Part shown: piece by piece, positions 60,169-64,000 of the stretch
Layout of the letters: each line of letters begins with the position of its first letter
Numbering within the stretch: position 1 is the stretch's first letter
From: Diplonema japonicum
Taxonomy: Eukaryota > Protista > Euglenozoa: Diplonemea
Length of the DNA stretch: 64,000 nt
Assembly (NCBI GenBank): GCA_964019335.1
Contig: OZ025661.1
Span: 496,001-560,000 of the forward strand
Direction of reading: 5' to 3'
Program-made: the position numbers and the translations under genes
Notes under the pieces: model-generated
Seen by the model: only the letters and a program-made list of their open reading frames with translations
The model's database searches: none
Told to the model about the DNA's origin: nothing

Positions 60169-63100
60169 ATGTTGCAAGATGTTCAGCAGCCGGACGACTC
60201 GGCCATTGACACAGGGGACACAGCATTCATGATTCTGGCAACAACGTTTGTGTTCATCCAGACACCAGCAATGGGGATCGCACAGGCAGGGTTGCTACGC
60301 AAGAAGAACGTGCTATCGATGATCACTCAGACGATGGTAGGGGTTAGCTGTGGCTCGTTATTATATGCCTTGGTAGGCTTCAGCATGCTATGGGGCGAGA
60401 GTATACACGGGCTCATTGGACGCCCCACACACTACCCTATGCTGTTCAACGTGAGCCTGACGAAGCCCTTTCCCTACGGGAATGCTACCAGCATCCCTGC
60501 CATGACGTGGTGTGCCTTCCAAATGATGTTTGCACTCATGACCCCTGTCATCGTCACTGGTGCCTGGGCAGAGAAGTTCTCCCTTATCGGCTTCATAACC
60601 TTCGTCATTGTGTGGCCACTTCTTGTTTACTACCCGCTGGCACACTGGTTGTGGCACCCGGATGGCTGGATGATGAAGTTAGGTGTACAAGACTTTGCGG
60701 GAGGGATGGTAATCCACGTTTCTGCAGGTGTGAGCGGACTTGTGGTCTCAGGGATGTTGAGGCAGCGTCGGTACATGGAAACTTCCTCGAAAGAGCAGCA
60801 CAACCTGCCCCTCTTCGCAACAGGCAGCTTCTTCATCTGGGCAGGTTGGTACTTCTTCAACGGAGGATCCGCTGCTGCTGCAGGACTCCAGGCGGCGACA
60901 GCGATGATGAACACACACCTCGCAGCTTGCGCAGGGTCCTTCGTATGGATGATTCTCTCCTACTGGGAAAACAAGAAGTTTGCTTTAGGGTATTTTGTAA
61001 ACGGCGCTCTGTCCGGCTTGGGTGGGATCACGGCAGCATCAGGCTACACGACACCGCAGGGCGCGATGTGCATCGGGGCGTGCGCTTCATACGGGGCATA
61101 CCTCTCGATGGGGTGGGTGCAGAAGAGCAAGACCTTCGATGATGTGTTAGACTGCTTTGCCTTGCAAGGCGCTCCGGGGATGGTAGGATCAACACTGCTC
61201 GGTGTGTTCGGCTGCTCCACAGTTGCAGGTAAGGACGGACTCGTGTACGGTGGGGACGGCACCCTTCTAGGACTTCAGTTAATGGCGGTGGCAGTGACAA
61301 CGTGCTATGCAGCAGTGTGGACATATATACTAATCTTTGCCATGCAGTACTTTTTAAAAGAGAAGATAGAAGTAAGCGACGTGGATGACGCAGTGGGGTT
61401 GGACTTGTGCCAGATAGGAGAGACAGGCTACGACGGGTCGCTCTTCGATGAACAAGACAAGATGCTGCTTGCTGACAAGCTGTGCGAGGCAATCGAGAAG
61501 GGGGACTTCAAGACCTTCATGTGGTTGAAGGAGACCATCTACGACACAATGCCCGATATCTCGATGGGGCAGCGCAACAGAGCAGGCCGCAACGCATTCC
61601 ATGTCATCGCAAGCTGCCACGCAGGGCTCTTCTGGACTGAGGACGACGCCCTGCATGGGCAGCTGCTGGCACAGTTCAATACTTTCGATGTGAAGAGCGA
61701 AGCGTGTGCCAAGTGGCTTGCAGAAAACAGCGAGGCTGCCAAGGTGGTGCTTGTCCTGCTCGACTACAAGCTGTGCATCAACACAGCCGACAACTTCAAG
61801 AGGACACCTCTGCAGTACACCATGGATGTACAGCAGAACAACTCGTGGCAGGAGGCAAAGCGTTCGAGAAGAGCACACGAGCACGAACTTGCAGCATTCG
61901 CCTCGTTCTTGCGGTTCAAAGGCGCACTTACAAATCCGGATGCAGCCATCTCTGCACTTAACACCGCAGCTTTACATGATGACCTTGACAGGCTCAAGGT
62001 GCTGCTGCAGTGGCCTGGTGTCGTTGACCTCGTTGACTACGATTCACGGTCGGCGCTGCACGTTGCGTGCGAGGAATGGATCGACTGCTTGAAGACCGGG
62101 GCAGTGTCCCAATCGAAGAAGTGCACTGTACAGTTTCTCTTATTTAAAAAGGCGCACAGAGAACAGGTTGACAGATGGGGACTCCTCCCGAGGGAGATGG
62201 TAGAGCAACGCATTTCAGAACTAAAATCAGAGATCACGGACTTGGAGGTATCTGGCGATGATGCCCGTGCTAAGCTGTCGGAGGTGGAGTCGCTGGAGGA
62301 GTTGCAACTGATGCTTGCAACCGATTCCGCGGAGTTGGACAGCCCAGAGTTTTACATGCAGTCAAGTAGAAAGGAGTGCCCCCACTGCCGACAGTCTGTG
62401 GACCGTAGAATAAGTGGTCAAGTAACCGTGACAGACCTAGGCGATGATGAAGGCATCAACAGCGAAGTAGCACCAATCCTACGCGATGAGCACGTGCTTG
62501 CCGTCCAACTGCCGAAGTCCGTCTGCGACCAGGCCCTGAGTTATGCGTCGAGCAGCATGGGGCTCAAGCCTTTGATGCGTTTAGGTCTGAGCACCTACCA
62601 GTATGCGACAATCAAGGACGACAGTGGGTTCACGCTCCTCCATGTCGCCTGCCTGCATGGCCGCCTTGACATCGTCACATGGCTCGTAGGAAGCGGTGGG
62701 GTGAACCTACAGGCTACAGGCTTGTTGGCAACCACTGACAACTATGGGCACTCCCCTCTGTTCACAGCCATCACCGCTTGCCATCTGCAAGACACCATCG
62801 CTAGGGTCCTCAGGCAGGCTTATCGTGAGTCCCACAATGACGAAGACTGGCCTGCTGATCCCAACCTGGGGTTTTTGTTGTGCTCAGCAGCGAAGGAGAA
62901 TGACAAGCCGTTCCTAAACGCCTTGAGGGTATCAGGGTGCATGCTACACGATGCAGACTACGATGGGAGGACAGCACTGCACCTTGCTGTGTGCGAGCAG
63001 CACGTGGACCTTGTCGACTGGCTGATTGCAAACGACACGAAACACATGCAGCTGTTGGCGCGCGACAGGCGTGGGAACACACCAATCGATGACGCGCTAA

Positions 63101-63510
63101 TCATGAAAAAGTACTTCATGCGGAAGGTGAGGAACAGGGAGGTGCACACGAAGGAGGATGGCAAGAAAGCACGTGTCATCTACAGCAGGCTGCGTGCGGC
63201 CTGCCTGATGGTTCCATCGGCGGGCCCGAAGCGCTTGGTGGGGTTCGACACCGTGATCACGGCCTGTGACGACGCTGCGTCGCTGAAGGAGCGCTTTGAG
63301 GACCACCCATACCGAGGGCAGCATGCTGCCATCCCTAGCACTGTGGGGTCCTTCTGTGGCAACCAAGACCAAAACCTGCTGCAGCTCACCACCGATGAGC
63401 TCGAGACGTTAGTGCAGAGCTTAGTCCGCGCAGAGCTGCGGAAGTACGGCAAAAGCGGGGGTCTAGCTTCGGGAAGGAGCACACCAGCAACAGTATGCAT
63501 GTCGGAGTGA
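60169..63510 (+). CDS. Ammonium transporter (Amt/Mep family) fused to ankyrin repeats
   Basis: FQMMFA, HWLW, DFAGGMVIH, GWYFFNGGS, GLD...GETGY; C-terminal ANK motifs DYDSRSALH, GFTLLHVAC, DYDGRTALHLA, DRRGNTP; single 1113-aa frame; ATG after a CACAG|G acceptor. Confidence 0.92.
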   Translation: MLQDVQQPDDSAIDTGDTAFMILATTFVFIQTPAMGIAQAGLLRKKNVLSMITQTMVGVSCGSLLYALVGFSMLWGESIHGLIGRPTHYPMLFNVSLTKPFPYGNATSIPAMTWCAFQMMFALMTPVIVTGAWAEKFSLIGFITFVIVWPLLVYYPLAHWLWHPDGWMMKLGVQDFAGGMVIHVSAGVSGLVVSGMLRQRRYMETSSKEQHNLPLFATGSFFIWAGWYFFNGGSAAAAGLQAATAMMNTHLAACAGSFVWMILSYWENKKFALGYFVNGALSGLGGITAASGYTTPQGAMCIGACASYGAYLSMGWVQKSKTFDDVLDCFALQGAPGMVGSTLLGVFGCSTVAGKDGLVYGGDGTLLGLQLMAVAVTTCYAAVWTYILIFAMQYFLKEKIEVSDVDDAVGLDLCQIGETGYDGSLFDEQDKMLLADKLCEAIEKGDFKTFMWLKETIYDTMPDISMGQRNRAGRNAFHVIASCHAGLFWTEDDALHGQLLAQFNTFDVKSEACAKWLAENSEAAKVVLVLLDYKLCINTADNFKRTPLQYTMDVQQNNSWQEAKRSRRAHEHELAAFASFLRFKGALTNPDAAISALNTAALHDDLDRLKVLLQWPGVVDLVDYDSRSALHVACEEWIDCLKTGAVSQSKKCTVQFLLFKKAHREQVDRWGLLPREMVEQRISELKSEITDLEVSGDDARAKLSEVESLEELQLMLATDSAELDSPEFYMQSSRKECPHCRQSVDRRISGQVTVTDLGDDEGINSEVAPILRDEHVLAVQLPKSVCDQALSYASSSMGLKPLMRLGLSTYQYATIKDDSGFTLLHVACLHGRLDIVTWLVGSGGVNLQATGLLATTDNYGHSPLFTAITACHLQDTIARVLRQAYRESHNDEDWPADPNLGFLLCSAAKENDKPFLNALRVSGCMLHDADYDGRTALHLAVCEQHVDLVDWLIANDTKHMQLLARDRRGNTPIDDALIMKKYFMRKVRNREVHTKEDGKKARVIYSRLRAACLMVPSAGPKRLVGFDTVITACDDAASLKERFEDHPYRGQHAAIPSTVGSFCGNQDQNLLQLTTDELETLVQSLVRAELRKYGKSGGLASGRSTPATVCMSE

Positions 63511-64000
63511 CGAAGGGCGGCAAGTAAAGCTGTTTCTTTACATAAAAAATATTATTTTCATCTGTTCTTTTCTTTCCTCTGATTCCTTTCTTCGTTGCTT
63601 TTCTTTTCTTTTTTTGTTCCCATCCGTTTTCATTGGATGCCAGGGTGCTGTCGATGTGCTCCCCTTCCCTCCCGCCCGCTCCTGCTTGGCGTGCTGGGAT
63701 GCTTGAGTTGCTTCTCGAAACAAAACGTCCAACCCAAACGGCCTTTTCCAGGCCAGGCCCTCCACCGTGCGTGCTTGTGGTGTATTGTGATTCTTCCGTA
63801 TCCCTCTCTTCTGGTGCTTCCGAAACGCGCATGGCAGAAACATGTAACCTTAGCCCCCCCCCCCCCCCCCCCCCCCTCCCCCCCCCTCTTTTTTTATATA
63901 GAACAACATCTTTCACTTGCCGACACGACGCTGGCAGGCGATGAAGAGGCAGCACGTGAAAGTAATTTCCTTTACGAGACGTGGGTGTTGCCCAAGGACA

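Overview
Eukaryotic, gene-dense DNA, most likely from a euglenozoan (diplonemid-like) protist; this is an inference from gene organisation, not a database match. About 27 protein-coding genes run head-to-tail on the minus strand from ~53.7 kb down to 50. A ~6.3 kb transposon-relic island follows (53.85-60.1 kb), then one plus-strand gene, an ammonium transporter fused to ankyrin repeats. Genes contain many short (mostly 31-52 nt) GT-AG introns with a GTATG donor and A/C-rich 3' ends. Start codons are usually preceded by a U-rich tract and (A)CAG|G, as expected for spliced-leader trans-splice acceptors. Recognisable genes: CCT-zeta, kinesin, ArfGAP, SYF1/XAB2, GH47 mannosidase, a PKD2-like channel, RPB11, homocitrate synthase, NDUFA12, an MFS transporter, a MAPEG protein, a STE-type kinase and a bacterial-type Asd. 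The most unusual observations are: (1) an ankyrin-RING protein with two tandem CesT/type-III-secretion-chaperone-like domains, a candidate effector-decoy E3 ligase; (2) an Amt-ankyrin fusion with an altered twin-His site; (3) a PKD2 channel with two discoidin-like domains inserted in its TOP domain; (4) homocitrate synthase fused to the LKR/SDH linker domain; (5) a ~1 kb cluster of unrelated long RNA hairpins next to a TIR element carrying two facing tRNA-like units; (6) strong CpG decay confined to old transposon relics. All family assignments come from recalled motifs; no searches were run.
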